DNA of 64,000 nt from Planctomycetota bacterium (lineage in GTDB: Bacteria > Planctomycetota > UBA8108 > SXIK01): NCBI GenBank assembly GCA_965223265.1, contig OZ244999.1:6464001-6528000 (forward strand), read 5' to 3'. Below the pieces are notes generated by a model. The model ran no database searches, was not told the DNA's origin, and saw only the letters and a program-made list of their open reading frames with translations. Positions 50,170 through 61,371 of the stretch are shown piece after piece. The position numbers were made by a program, and so were the translations under genes. Positions within the stretch are counted from its first letter, which is position 1, and each line of letters starts with the position of its first letter.

Positions 50170-51291
50170 TCACACAGCAAGTTGAGACACTTTGTTGGCC
50201 TCGAGTTCGAACGCGGAAGCGACTCCCGCATGGAAGATTCTGCCGGCGTGTACGTTGACGCCTTGGGCGACATCGTCACCCATATCGACAAAACCGCGAA
50301 TCCCGCCGTCAGCTAACATCAAAAGATACGGCAGAGTAGCGTTCGTCAGCGCGAACGTCGAGGTCCTCGCCACCGCGCCTGGCATGTTCGAAACACAGTA
50401 GTGCACGACTCCTTCGTCGACGTAGGTGGGTTCGGTGTGCGTCGTCGGTCGACACGTCTCGATGCAGCCTCCCTGATCGACGGCGACATCTATGATCACC
50501 GAGCCGTCCTTCATCGCCCGAACGTCGGCTCGCGTCACGAGAAGCGGCGCCCGCGCACCGGCGACGAGAACCGCACCAAGCACGATATCGGCTTGGCGCA
50601 CTTTCTTACGAATCAAGAACGGGTTGGAGAAAAGCGTCGTCACGTTCGCCGGCAAGGTATCGTCGAGGTATCGGAGGCGGTCGAGGTTGACGTCGAAAAT
50701 CGTCACTTGCGCCCCAAGCCCGGCGGCAATCAGCGCGGCGTTCTGCCCGACAACACCGCCGCCTAGAATCACGATCTTGGCGGGCTCGACGCCTGGCACG
50801 CCGGAAACCAGCACGCCGCGGCCGCCGAACGGACGTTCCAGATACTTGGCGCCCTCGAGGACGGCCATCCGACCGGCTACCTCGCTCATCGGGGTCAGAA
50901 GTGGCAATCGGCCACGCGCGTCCCGGATCGTCTCGTAGGCCACGCACGTCGCGCCACTTGTCAGCATAGCGTCGGTGAGGGCACGCGACGAGGCGAAGTG
51001 GAAGTACGTGAACAGAATCTGCCCGGCCCGCACGAGCGGGTACTCCGTCGGCTGAGGCTCCTTGACTTTGACAATGATATCGCCTGTCGAATACACCTCC
51101 GCGGCCGAGGAGACGACTTCGGCACCGGCCGAGATGTACTCATCGTCAGGCACGCCGCTGCCGAGGCCAGCGCCAGCCTCGACGACCACGCGATGGCCAC
51201 GCTCGATCAACGCGTGCGCGCCGGAGGGCGCGACCGCAACCCGGTCTTCGTCCTGCTTAATCTCTCTGGGAACTCCGACAACCGTCGGCAT
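50170..51291 (-). CDS. ald: Alanine dehydrogenase
   Basis: GVPREIK, KVKEP, PMSEVAGR, GGGVVG, DQGGC, NMPGAV; start placed at ATG 51291. Confidence 0.95.
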   Translation of the reverse strand: MPTVVGVPREIKQDEDRVAVAPSGAHALIERGHRVVVEAGAGLGSGVPDDEYISAGAEVVSSAAEVYSTGDIIVKVKEPQPTEYPLVRAGQILFTYFHFASSRALTDAMLTSGATCVAYETIRDARGRLPLLTPMSEVAGRMAVLEGAKYLERPFGGRGVLVSGVPGVEPAKIVILGGGVVGQNAALIAAGLGAQVTIFDVNLDRLRYLDDTLPANVTTLFSNPFLIRKKVRQADIVLGAVLVAGARAPLLVTRADVRAMKDGSVIIDVAVDQGGCIETCRPTTHTEPTYVDEGVVHYCVSNMPGAVARTSTFALTNATLPYLLMLADGGIRGFVDMGDDVAQGVNVHAGRIFHAGVASAFELEANKVSQLAV

Positions 51292-51577
51292 ACTCTCTTC
51301 CACCCTAAAGCCATCACGTTCGCGATCGAACGTGTCTCGGGGATAGTCCAAGCCGCTCCGCTCGTCCCTTGAACGAGGCTAATTCTTGGCGCACTCCACT
51401 CCAATGACCACCATATCTCATGGACCAGCCGCGCCACCCGCCTCGAGAAGCCACCTCAACAACGGGCGCAGCCGTTGCAATGAGTCTCCACCTCCTAGAC
51501 GTGAAGCGACCGTATAAGTCGTTGCTGTGTAAACCCTTGTCGCGCTATCGGCAAACACTGAGCAGGCGAAAACGTGG

Positions 51578-52234
51578 TCACTGATACAGTCGATTCTCTA
51601 GGATATAGCGCGCAACTTTTGCGGGCACCAAATCCGCGAGCGGTCGACCGGCTCTGACAGCCGCACGCACGTCGGTTGAACTCAGAATCGAAGGGGGCAT
51701 TCTTACGTGATCACGCTCGATTCGCAACAAGTCGGCGCGAGAAAATTGGGGAAAATCGTCGGCCCTCCACGAGATCTCTGCGCCCGGGCGGTTGACGACG
51801 ATCAACCGCGCTAGGGAAAGAATCCGCTGCGGCTGGCGCCACTTGGAGAACTCGGCGAACAGGTCGGCACCGATGATGAAATACAGCGTCGCGTCACCCA
51901 GGCGACGACGCAATTCGGCGAGGGTGTCCACGGTGTAACTCGGGCCCGGACGCTGCAGCTCCAGGTCGTCAGCAACGAACCTCGGCTCCTCCTCGCACGC
52001 GAGCTCAACCATTCGTAGCCGGTGCGCGGCCGGCGCCAGTTCGCCGGTTTTGTGCGGCGGCTGGCGCGCCGGTAGAAAGAGCACGCGGTCCAGGCGACGC
52101 GCTGCCGAGACCGCACGCGCGACGTCCAAGTGACCATAATGTATGGGGTTAAATGAGCCACCCAAAACGCCTACGTGGCCCACTTCAGCGCTGTTTGGAG
52201 CGCCTACGGCGTCGCTCTTTTTGTCTGCAGACAT
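51578..52234 (-). CDS. nadD: Nicotinate-nucleotide adenylyltransferase
   Basis: GGSFNPIHYGH, PPHK, SYTVDT, FIIGAD, SST; start placed at ATG 52234. Confidence 0.94.
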   Translation of the reverse strand: MSADKKSDAVGAPNSAEVGHVGVLGGSFNPIHYGHLDVARAVSAARRLDRVLFLPARQPPHKTGELAPAAHRLRMVELACEEEPRFVADDLELQRPGPSYTVDTLAELRRRLGDATLYFIIGADLFAEFSKWRQPQRILSLARLIVVNRPGAEISWRADDFPQFSRADLLRIERDHVRMPPSILSSTDVRAAVRAGRPLADLVPAKVARYILENRLYQ

Positions 52235-52283
52235 GAAATCCGTCCGGTCAGGCCAGGGTGAAACGGACCAACTCGAGAGTAGG

Positions 52284-52478
52284 ACCCCAACGCCTGCAAA
52301 AAAATGGCGAGTAAGAACGGAGAAGAGTGCGTCAGTAGCGGCGTTTGAGACGTGGCGGCACGCGGAGCGTACTTCACTGTACATGAGCATTGCGGACGCG
52401 GTTCGAACGTCGCTAATGGCGTGCTATTCACCGAGCCGAAGGCGTTTCTTGCCGTCATTTTTTTGCAGGCGTTGGGGT
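52284..52478. mobile_element. MITE-like 195-bp element (or structured RNA) with 23-bp perfect terminal inverted repeats
   Basis: ACCCCAACGCCTGCAAAAAAATG at 52284-52306 and its reverse complement at 52456-52478, flanked by AGG on both sides. Confidence 0.55.
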
Positions 52479-52547
52479 AGGAATCACCGGGATGCACGGA
52501 CTCGGCCGGCTGTGGCGACGCGCCAACACCGACGGCAACGCGGCAGT

Positions 52548-53849
52548 TCACGGGTGGGTTCGGTAGAGAGTGCGCGGGAACGGAATGCACTCGCGGACGT
52601 GGTCGGTGCCGCAAAGCCAGGCGACCGTCCTCTCGAGTCCAAGACCGAAACCGGCGTGCGGGACAGAGCCATAGCGCCGCAGATCGAGAAACCACTGCAG
52701 AGGCTCGCGCGCCACCTCGTGTTCGTCGAGGCGAGCTTCCAGCACGTCGAGATCGTCCTCCCGCTGCCCACCGCCGATGATTTCACCGACGCCCTCGGGG
52801 GCCAGCATGTCGACGCACAATGCGCGCGACAGATTCTCGGGATCACGTTTCATGTAAAAAGCCTTCACCGCGGCCGGATAGCGATGGACGAGGACCGGGC
52901 GATCAAACTTCGCCGACAATGCAGTCTCCGCTGGTGCACCAAAGTCGTCTTCGTCGGCATGTTCAACCCCCTGACCGCGAACGACCTCGACGGCTTCATC
53001 ATAAGTCAGGCGAGGAAATGGCCCCTTGACGCACTTCAACGCTTCCACATCACGATTGAGCGTCGCCAGCTCCTCCTGGCAGTGACTCAGAACGTGCGAG
53101 ACGATGGCGACGACGAAGTCCTCCGCGAGTTGCATGATATCGTCCAGGTCAGCGAACGCCACCTCTGGCTCGACCATCCAGAACTCAGTGAGATGGCGGC
53201 GCGTCTTCGACTTCTCAGCGCGAAACGTCGGCCCAAAACAGTAGACTTTGCCGTAAGCGAGTGCAGCCGCTTCCATGTAGAGCTGCCCACTCTGGGTCAA
53301 GAAACATTCGTCGTCGAAGTAGTTGACTCGGAAAAGTGTCGTCGTGCCTTCGCAGGCGTTGGGCGTGAAAATGGGTGCATCGACACAGAGAAAACCTCGA
53401 GCGTGAAAGAAACTGCGGATTGCGGTGATGGCGGCGTCACGAACCCTCATAGTGGCTTGAACCTTGCGGGACCGCAGCCAGAGGTGACGATGTGACAGCA
53501 AGAAGTCGACCCCGTGAGCCTGGTTGGCAATCGGGTACTCGCTTTCAGGTTGGTGGACAACCTCAACATCATGTGCCGTCAGCTCGACTCCTCCAGGAGC
53601 CCGAGCGTCCTCGCGGACGACGCCTCGCAGCGCCAAAGACGTCTCGAAAGGCAGAGTGCTGCAGCGTTCGAACACCTCGGGCGGGGCGTCACTCACGCCC
53701 ATGACGGCTTGTACGGATCCACTGCCATCACGAACCACGAGGAAGTGGATCTTACCCTTCGAGCGCCGCTTGGTGAGCCACCCGCGCACCACGACCTCCT
53801 CCCCGATGTGCGATGCCAAGTCCTTCACCCGAACTTCAGATCCATCCAT
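52548..53849 (-). CDS. asnS: Asparagine--tRNA ligase
   Basis: OB fold RDGSG, LTQSGQLY, FRAEKSKTRRHLTEFWMVEPE, EIIGGGQRE, GFGLGLER. Confidence 0.93.
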   Translation of the reverse strand: MDGSEVRVKDLASHIGEEVVVRGWLTKRRSKGKIHFLVVRDGSGSVQAVMGVSDAPPEVFERCSTLPFETSLALRGVVREDARAPGGVELTAHDVEVVHQPESEYPIANQAHGVDFLLSHRHLWLRSRKVQATMRVRDAAITAIRSFFHARGFLCVDAPIFTPNACEGTTTLFRVNYFDDECFLTQSGQLYMEAAALAYGKVYCFGPTFRAEKSKTRRHLTEFWMVEPEVAFADLDDIMQLAEDFVVAIVSHVLSHCQEELATLNRDVEALKCVKGPFPRLTYDEAVEVVRGQGVEHADEDDFGAPAETALSAKFDRPVLVHRYPAAVKAFYMKRDPENLSRALCVDMLAPEGVGEIIGGGQREDDLDVLEARLDEHEVAREPLQWFLDLRRYGSVPHAGFGLGLERTVAWLCGTDHVRECIPFPRTLYRTHP

Positions 53850-54089
53850 ACGGCGAATGCTCCCCTCTGTTCGCGTTGTCAGTTGTTCGCCCTCGTTTCG
53901 TTCGATGGCACCCGACCGTTGGGGGCGGCAACTGGCCGCCCCAACGGCGACGAAAACCTGCCTGTGCTATAGAGGTTCGGGAACCGGTTGTCGAGCCCCG
54001 AGGCGGCGATCGCCGTCCGACACCGCGAACGAGAGCCGGCGGACACCGGCGCGCGGGGACTCCGGCCTTGTCGCTGTGCTAGTTTCCGT

Positions 54090-54118
54090 TTGGCCGGGTT
54101 CATCGCGCCAGGTATAAT
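54090..54118 (+). promoter_or_regulatory. Possible sigma-70 promoter for the dockerin/cohesin genes
   Basis: TTGGCC-N17-TATAAT, about 400 nt upstream of ATG 54513. Confidence 0.35.
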
Positions 54119-54512
54119 CGTCGTGGGTTGAAGGCGGCCGACTGGCCGCCCTTGGGTCCTGCCCCAAGTTGAGTTCCATCAGCGCCTTACGTTAGACACC
54201 GAGAACCGCGTCAGTGTAGAGCGACGCCGATTCGCCGGGCCTCGACGAGTCGTTACAGACTCGACGAGCTGACAGCAAGACGCGATCATGTTCGGTTCGG
54301 CCGCAGGGCACGCTCACCGCGTGTCGACGGCTGGCCTTTGATTCTTTCGTCATTCTGATTGCCTTATCGCTGTTTGGCTTTTGAGAGGGAGGCGCTTGCG
54401 TCACCCTTCGGAGCTTCGTCTGGGTGTTTCGCCTGCTAGCGAGACGCTCTATACAAACATTGGGGTCTGGCGGTTGTTGTGGGAGCAGCGGGAATCCCCG
54501 CGAGGAGAAGAA

Positions 54513-56642
54513 ATGATTTTCCGGCCGAATCGCATCCAACATCGACGCGGGCGTGTCGTTGGGAGTTTGCTGTTCGTGTTGGTCAGTGCCTTCACGTCGG
54601 TCTCGGCGGATAACGGCGACGTGCAGCGCGTCTCGGACGTGCTCCAATCGAAGACACCCACCGACTTGGCCTTCAGCGACAGTTCACTATGGGTGGCAAC
54701 CCGTAACGACGGCAAACTCCATCGTGTCGATCTGTCGCTCCAAAGCGTGCAGACGACGATCGACAACCCACACGGGGTCGGATCGATCCCCAATCTCGTG
54801 CTCACGTGGGGAATCGCGTCTCGCCCGAGCGGGGCGTTGTTCGTTCTGGCGCAGGATGGCGCTGTGTGGGCGGTGCGAGAAGTCACGACCGCCGGCACCG
54901 AAGTCGGCAGCTTCAACCTCGTGCCGCCGGACTCCGACGCCAATCGATTCCGCGGTTTGACGTTCGACCCGACAAACAATCACCTTTGGAGTCTCGAGAC
55001 CAACCGTGACGAGATCGTCCGGTTCAATCTTTCTGGCAGCGCTGTCGAGTCGCTGGCCCTCCCCGGGGGCAATGCGGTGCTGAGAGGCGAAGGCGTCGCG
55101 ATCTTCGAAACTGGGGCCGGGCATCGGCTATACGCAGCCCACGGTGACATCTTCCGTAGTGGTCCGACCTCTCTCTTGCAGCTGACCATGGCCGGTGAGG
55201 TGACGGGATTCGTCGTGCCTCTCCTGGAGGTGCCTGGCATCGTTTCGTACGGCTTCGAGATGTATCAAGCCGGCGCCCAAACCAGGGCCGTCGTGATCAA
55301 CGGTGACGGTCAATTGATCGAGATCGAGCATTCGATCCCGTCGATCGCGCCGCCGTCGCAGCTCGCATGCACGCTGACCGCGGCGAACAATATCGTCCTC
55401 ACATGGACGAATCATGGTTCCGGCGCTGGCGGCAACTACTCTCAGAGCCTCACAGTTGCGCGTGACGGAGCTCCGATCGCGACGGTCTCGGGGACGACGA
55501 CTTCTTTTGTCGACACAACTCCGCAGGAGGGGCCGGCATCCTACACTGTTGGGGTCGCGGAATCTAGCGCCTCCAGCCTGCCGTGCACGGCTACTGTCGG
55601 AACCGGAGGTCTCATCGCTTGGACAAGCTTTGGCGGGGTCAAGCCGTACGACATCACTCGCAACCCGGTCACAGGCGAACTCCTCATCACCGACGATCCC
55701 GGTGTTCTCGGCGACGGTCGGATCTTCCGTTACAACAGCGATCTCGAATTGTTGGGAGAGATCCCAAGTCCATTCACTGACCCAGGCGCGATCACCTACG
55801 TCGAATCGATCGACGTGCCGACATTTCAGGTCGACCCGCCGTTCGTGACGCTGGAAGACGTGATCGCCGTCGGTCGCCAGTCGACGCCGCAGGTCTCCCT
55901 GATCGAGCCCGATGGCAACGTGCTGACGACTCTGACCCTAGAGATTCCAGGTTCTCCGTCTCGGGTCGGAGGATTGACCTACATCGCCGCAGAACAGAAA
56001 TTCATCTGCATTGAGATGGAATCGCGGGAGATCATGACGTTCAGCGGTTCCGGCCAACTACTTGACACTTGTTTTCCCAAAGGGACACTCCCTCCCCTGC
56101 CGCTTGAAGAGACGCTCGAGCTCGGAGTGACCTACGACCACAACCAGGCCACGCTCCTTGCGGGTTTCGACGACGGCGAGGTGCGTGAACTCTTTCCGGA
56201 CGCCGACGCCCAAGGCGGTTGTGTAGCAACCACGTTCTCGTTCTCGCTTTCGAGTCTTGGCGATCAATTCAACACGAACGACTTTTTCAGCGGCTTTGAA
56301 ATTGTTGACAACACATTGGTCATCGGTGGACGCGATTCGAACGCGATTTTCCAGGTCCTCATGCACCCGTTCACGAATGCGTTCCGTCGAGGCGACGCAG
56401 ACCGAGATGGCTCCATCGACTTAAATGATGCGGTTCGCGTCGCGAACTATCTGTTCAAGGACGGGGCACTCACGATCACATGCCTCGACGCTGCCGACGT
56501 CAACGACGATGGAATCCTCGACGTCTCTGACCCTATTTATCTTCTCTTCCACCTGTTCAGGCAGGGTCCGGCACCGCCAGCGCCTTACAACGCCGAGGGC
56601 AGCGACCCCACGTTTCGTGACAATCTTGGCTGTGCCAGTTAG
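54513..56642 (+). CDS. Secreted beta-propeller/Ig-like protein with C-terminal dockerin-type domain
   Basis: GAGGAG RBS, signal peptide, beta-rich repeats, FN3-like segment, FRRGDADRDGSIDLND...CLDAADVNDDGILDVSD...GC. Confidence 0.85.
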   Translation: MIFRPNRIQHRRGRVVGSLLFVLVSAFTSVSADNGDVQRVSDVLQSKTPTDLAFSDSSLWVATRNDGKLHRVDLSLQSVQTTIDNPHGVGSIPNLVLTWGIASRPSGALFVLAQDGAVWAVREVTTAGTEVGSFNLVPPDSDANRFRGLTFDPTNNHLWSLETNRDEIVRFNLSGSAVESLALPGGNAVLRGEGVAIFETGAGHRLYAAHGDIFRSGPTSLLQLTMAGEVTGFVVPLLEVPGIVSYGFEMYQAGAQTRAVVINGDGQLIEIEHSIPSIAPPSQLACTLTAANNIVLTWTNHGSGAGGNYSQSLTVARDGAPIATVSGTTTSFVDTTPQEGPASYTVGVAESSASSLPCTATVGTGGLIAWTSFGGVKPYDITRNPVTGELLITDDPGVLGDGRIFRYNSDLELLGEIPSPFTDPGAITYVESIDVPTFQVDPPFVTLEDVIAVGRQSTPQVSLIEPDGNVLTTLTLEIPGSPSRVGGLTYIAAEQKFICIEMESREIMTFSGSGQLLDTCFPKGTLPPLPLEETLELGVTYDHNQATLLAGFDDGEVRELFPDADAQGGCVATTFSFSLSSLGDQFNTNDFFSGFEIVDNTLVIGGRDSNAIFQVLMHPFTNAFRRGDADRDGSIDLNDAVRVANYLFKDGALTITCLDAADVNDDGILDVSDPIYLLFHLFRQGPAPPAPYNAEGSDPTFRDNLGCAS

Positions 56643-56657
56643 AGGGAGAGCAAAGCG

Positions 56658-58292
56658 ATGTTACTCATGAACACGAGAACTACACGAAAGACCCCGTCAC
56701 GTTGGCTCTGCGCTCTCCTGCTGTTGGCGGCCACCGCGCCACTCGCGGCACAGGGCACGATTCGTATGGGAACCGCGGAAGGAGACGCCGGCCAGCGAGG
56801 CATCCACGTGATCATCACGGCGTCCCATGACGTGACCCTTCACGGCTACTCGGTAGCGTTTACGTACCCAGCGGACGTTCTGACGTTGACGCGAGTCTCC
56901 ACCGCTGGAACCGACGCGTCGGCCCTCGACCCAGACTTCGTCGGCTCGACGCTCGACAATCAAGGTGGGCTGGGAAGCATGGGCGTGATCTTCGACCTCT
57001 CCGATGGTGCGGGCGTCGTCGAACTTGACCCGCCGGCGGCGAGCGCGACGAACATCATCGCGCGCCTCACTTTCGACGTTAATTCCGGTGCGGAGGGCGG
57101 GGTCTATCCGCTCGCGTTGGTCGATGGCATTGGCAACCCGGCCAAGTTCAACCGTCTGAGCCACCTGGGTACAAGCCTTGTCCCAGAGCTCGTCGACGGC
57201 GAGTTCATCGTCAGCGGCACCGGCAACACCGTGCGCCTTGAAAAGCGACAAGCGATCGCAGGCGCGACTCCCAACTTGCCGATTTTCGCTTCGGCGCAGC
57301 ACTCCGATCCACTGGACGGGTTTCAGATCGCTTTCACGTACGACAAACGAGCGCTCACGCTCAACGACGCCACCTACGCTGGCACTGCGCTCGACTTCGA
57401 GCTCGGCCGGTCCGGGCTCATTGAACTCTTCAGTTTCGAGATCAAAGACGACCTAGACCCAATCTTCAACCGCGCCACTCTCGCCGTTCTGTTCGACTTC
57501 AACTTCCCGTTCGACTCGCAGCAACTCTCGCCGAATCCTGACGCCCCGGAGAATCAGACGCTGATTCGATACAACTTCAACGTCAAGGACTTCGCCGATG
57601 ATGAACGGCAATGGCAAGAGCTCTTCATGGACGAGATCAATGTCCCAGGCATCCTCACGACGCGCATGATTTTCGGCGATCGCAGCGTCCAGCCGACGCT
57701 CGATCACGGCAAGATCTACTTTTCAACCGGCACTCTGCGGGGGCGTGTAGTTGACGCCAAGACCGGCCAAGCTCTCAGCGGTGTTTCCGTCAAGACGTCG
57801 CCAGACAATCTCGCGGTAACGACCAACGGCAGCGGCGAGTACACGTTCAACAACATTCCACCGGGAGTGTACTCCTTGCTGCTCACGAGCCCTATCTACT
57901 ACGCCGCGCGTTTGGACGAGGTCATCGTCGTCGGCAACTCACAGACAACTCAGGCCGACGACGTCTCGATGCATAAGGTTCCGCCAGCGGTGCAGCGGCC
58001 TTTCGTACGCTCGTTTATCAATGACGACGAGACGTTAGACCTCTCCGATCCGATTTTCTTGCTCAACTTCCTCTTTCAAGGCACGGAGACGCCGCAGTGT
58101 CTGGATGCCGGAGACGTCAACGACGACAACGCCCTCGACATCTCCGACGGCATCTTTCTCCTGACATTCTTATTCGTCGAAGGGGGTTCGGAGCCGCCGC
58201 CGCCGTTCTCGTTCGACCGCTCCGGTTGCACGCTTGACCCAACGCCAGGCCCATCACCGCTCGGCTGCGAGTTTTTCAGCTGCGACGACTAG
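56658..58292 (+). CDS. Secreted protein with two cohesin-like domains, a carboxypeptidase-regulatory-like domain and a dockerin-type domain
   Basis: Repeated GYSVAFTYPADVL / GFQIAFTYDKRAL, GTLRGRVVDAKTGQAL...TNGSGEYTF...PPGVY, INDDETLDLSD...CLDAGDVNDDNALDISD. Confidence 0.8.
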   Translation: MLLMNTRTTRKTPSRWLCALLLLAATAPLAAQGTIRMGTAEGDAGQRGIHVIITASHDVTLHGYSVAFTYPADVLTLTRVSTAGTDASALDPDFVGSTLDNQGGLGSMGVIFDLSDGAGVVELDPPAASATNIIARLTFDVNSGAEGGVYPLALVDGIGNPAKFNRLSHLGTSLVPELVDGEFIVSGTGNTVRLEKRQAIAGATPNLPIFASAQHSDPLDGFQIAFTYDKRALTLNDATYAGTALDFELGRSGLIELFSFEIKDDLDPIFNRATLAVLFDFNFPFDSQQLSPNPDAPENQTLIRYNFNVKDFADDERQWQELFMDEINVPGILTTRMIFGDRSVQPTLDHGKIYFSTGTLRGRVVDAKTGQALSGVSVKTSPDNLAVTTNGSGEYTFNNIPPGVYSLLLTSPIYYAARLDEVIVVGNSQTTQADDVSMHKVPPAVQRPFVRSFINDDETLDLSDPIFLLNFLFQGTETPQCLDAGDVNDDNALDISDGIFLLTFLFVEGGSEPPPPFSFDRSGCTLDPTPGPSPLGCEFFSCDD

Positions 58293-58368
58293 CGCTTAGC
58301 TTAGCCTCGAGTTAGCAGCCTGTTGAAAAGGTGCTTCGAGTCCGCCGAATGACTTTTATTGTGGCGTA

Positions 58369-58415
58369 TCCTTGCGGGCTTGGCGCGAAAAAGAGTCGCG
58401 CCAAGCCCGCAAGGA
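58369..58415. repeat. Perfect 20-bp inverted repeat (REP-like or bidirectional terminator)
   Basis: TCCTTGCGGGCTTGGCGCGA-AAAAGAG-TCGCGCCAAGCCCGCAAGGA between convergent genes. Confidence 0.85.
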
Positions 58416-58531
58416 CACAGACAAGTCAGGAAAACAGCAGGAACACGGCCGCCGTCGACGCGACTCGACCGGGATCGACCCAAGAAGCGCTGCACGGGGT
58501 AGCGCTCGACGCGAACTGGCGAAACGCGAAA

Positions 58532-59698
<1,167 letters not shown>

Positions 59699-59728
59699 GT
59701 CTCTTTCCTCAAACGAATGAAGGATCAC

Positions 59729-59935
59729 CCGCGGAGCACTAGTGTCAGCCGCATTTTCACAACTCCTTGGCGAGTCACGGTAAGTGGCGTCACACAGGGT
59801 AGGAAGAGCGTTCGAACAACCATCGAATCGCCGCGCCTGGCAGGCCAACGAAACCGGAAGCCGAAAGCGCGACTTACAGCGTCGCAACAAGTTGTGAGAA
59901 ATGCGGGTTGGTTCGACTCGAAGAACTTCCCGCGG
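59729..59935 (-). ncRNA. Candidate structured cis-regulatory leader RNA of metK
   Basis: Long imperfect stem (59749-59785 pairing with 59872-59906) enclosing two hairpins; G-U pairs favour the metK sense strand; TAGAAT -10-like box at 59951-59956. Confidence 0.45.
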
Positions 59936-59956
59936 CGAATTGAAAGCGGGATTCTA

Positions 59957-61342
59957 TCAACCCGCTGTTCCGAAAAAAAGCTGCATCTGGCCGCGTAGCC
60001 ATTCAATGTGTCGGCTCGTAGATCCGCGGAGCTTTCGGCACGTTTCGAGAGCGCGTTGACCGAGCGCTTCTCGCTCCGCCGGAGCGCTCAACAGACGGCG
60101 GATCGCACCATCAAGGTGATCGAGGTCAGGCACCTGAATCACCGCGTCCGCCGCGGCGAGGCAGTCTCGTTCTGCGGCGAAATTGCCTGTGGATGGACCC
60201 AGGACAACCGGGCGGCCAATCCGGGCAGCCTCGAGCATGTTGTGACCACCATGCGGCACGAAGGTGCCTCCGATAATGACGACATCGGCGAGGTAGTAGA
60301 AAATGTCGAGCACTCCGAGCACGTCGACGACCAACACCCCCGTGCCAACCGCCTCCACAGAGCCGCGCTGAAGCGCCTCAACAATGTTGCTGTAGCGTAC
60401 GGCCGAAGTCGCCAGACCCCAGTTCTCAACCTCGTTGGCAACTTGCAGTCTCTCAACATGTCGTGGTGCCAAAACCAGCCGCACACCCGGCAGATCGGCC
60501 CGCCACTGCTCGTAGAGCCGCGCCAACGCGGTTTCCTCGCCAGGGTGCGTGCAGCCCGCGACGATCACGAGCTGTTGGCCTCGATTCCAACCGAGACTGG
60601 CGCGCAGCGGCTCGCCGTCAGCGGCGCTGGGAGACGGCTCAACGTCGTGCTTCAGGTTGCCGAGGGTCTCGATGCGCCCCGGGTCGACGCCCAAGCGAAG
60701 AAAGCGTTCACGATACTCATCCGACTGCACCGAAATCGCTGTCGGCAGAGCGAACAACCCGCGCGCCAAAGGGCCAACCTGCAAGTAACGGCGCGCAGAG
60801 CGCTCCGATAGGCGACCGTTCACAACGCCAACAAACACTCCATGGGCGGCTGCAGTGAGCAAGAAACCTGGCCACAGCTCGAGCTCGACGAGAAGGATCA
60901 GAGCCGGTCGGCGACGTCGAAACGCAAGCGACAGACATGGACCGAAGTCGATCGGCGCGTAGAACACCCGCCGTGGGTCGAGCCGTCGACGGGCGATCTC
61001 GAAACCCGTCGTCGTCGAAACCGAAACACAAAAGTCCCACTGGGGGAAAGCGTCTTCGAGGACTCCGACCAGCTGAGCGGCCACACCGACCTCGCCGACC
61101 GACACGGCATGAATCCACATTTCAGGTCGCGTGCCGCGACGCCGCGGGACGAAGCCGAACTTGTGCAACCAGTTGCCGCGATACTTTCGGCGCGTGAAGA
61201 AGCGAGAAATCAGTAGGAAGCCAGCTACCGCGAACGGCGACAGCAGCAAGTACACGCAGTCGAGCGCACATCTAGCGACGAGGAACCTAGATCGGCGGCG
61301 AGTCGATGCTCCCGACGAGGTTTCAGCGGCGGAAGACGTCAC
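59957..61342 (-). CDS. waaA: 3-deoxy-D-manno-octulosonic acid transferase
   Basis: WIHAVSVGE, ELELWP, NGRLS.RS, GNLK, LAPRH, GGHNMLE. Confidence 0.93.
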   Translation of the reverse strand: MTSSAAETSSGASTRRRSRFLVARCALDCVYLLLSPFAVAGFLLISRFFTRRKYRGNWLHKFGFVPRRRGTRPEMWIHAVSVGEVGVAAQLVGVLEDAFPQWDFCVSVSTTTGFEIARRRLDPRRVFYAPIDFGPCLSLAFRRRRPALILLVELELWPGFLLTAAAHGVFVGVVNGRLSERSARRYLQVGPLARGLFALPTAISVQSDEYRERFLRLGVDPGRIETLGNLKHDVEPSPSAADGEPLRASLGWNRGQQLVIVAGCTHPGEETALARLYEQWRADLPGVRLVLAPRHVERLQVANEVENWGLATSAVRYSNIVEALQRGSVEAVGTGVLVVDVLGVLDIFYYLADVVIIGGTFVPHGGHNMLEAARIGRPVVLGPSTGNFAAERDCLAAADAVIQVPDLDHLDGAIRRLLSAPAEREALGQRALETCRKLRGSTSRHIEWLRGQMQLFFGTAG

Positions 61343-61371
61343 GGTCTCAGCCTCGTCTTCACTTGCCCCCG

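Noticed and set aside
53850-54512. Short ORFs in the long asnS-dockerin intergenic region
   Set aside because: No convincing RBS, composition or motifs; treated as a divergent promoter region
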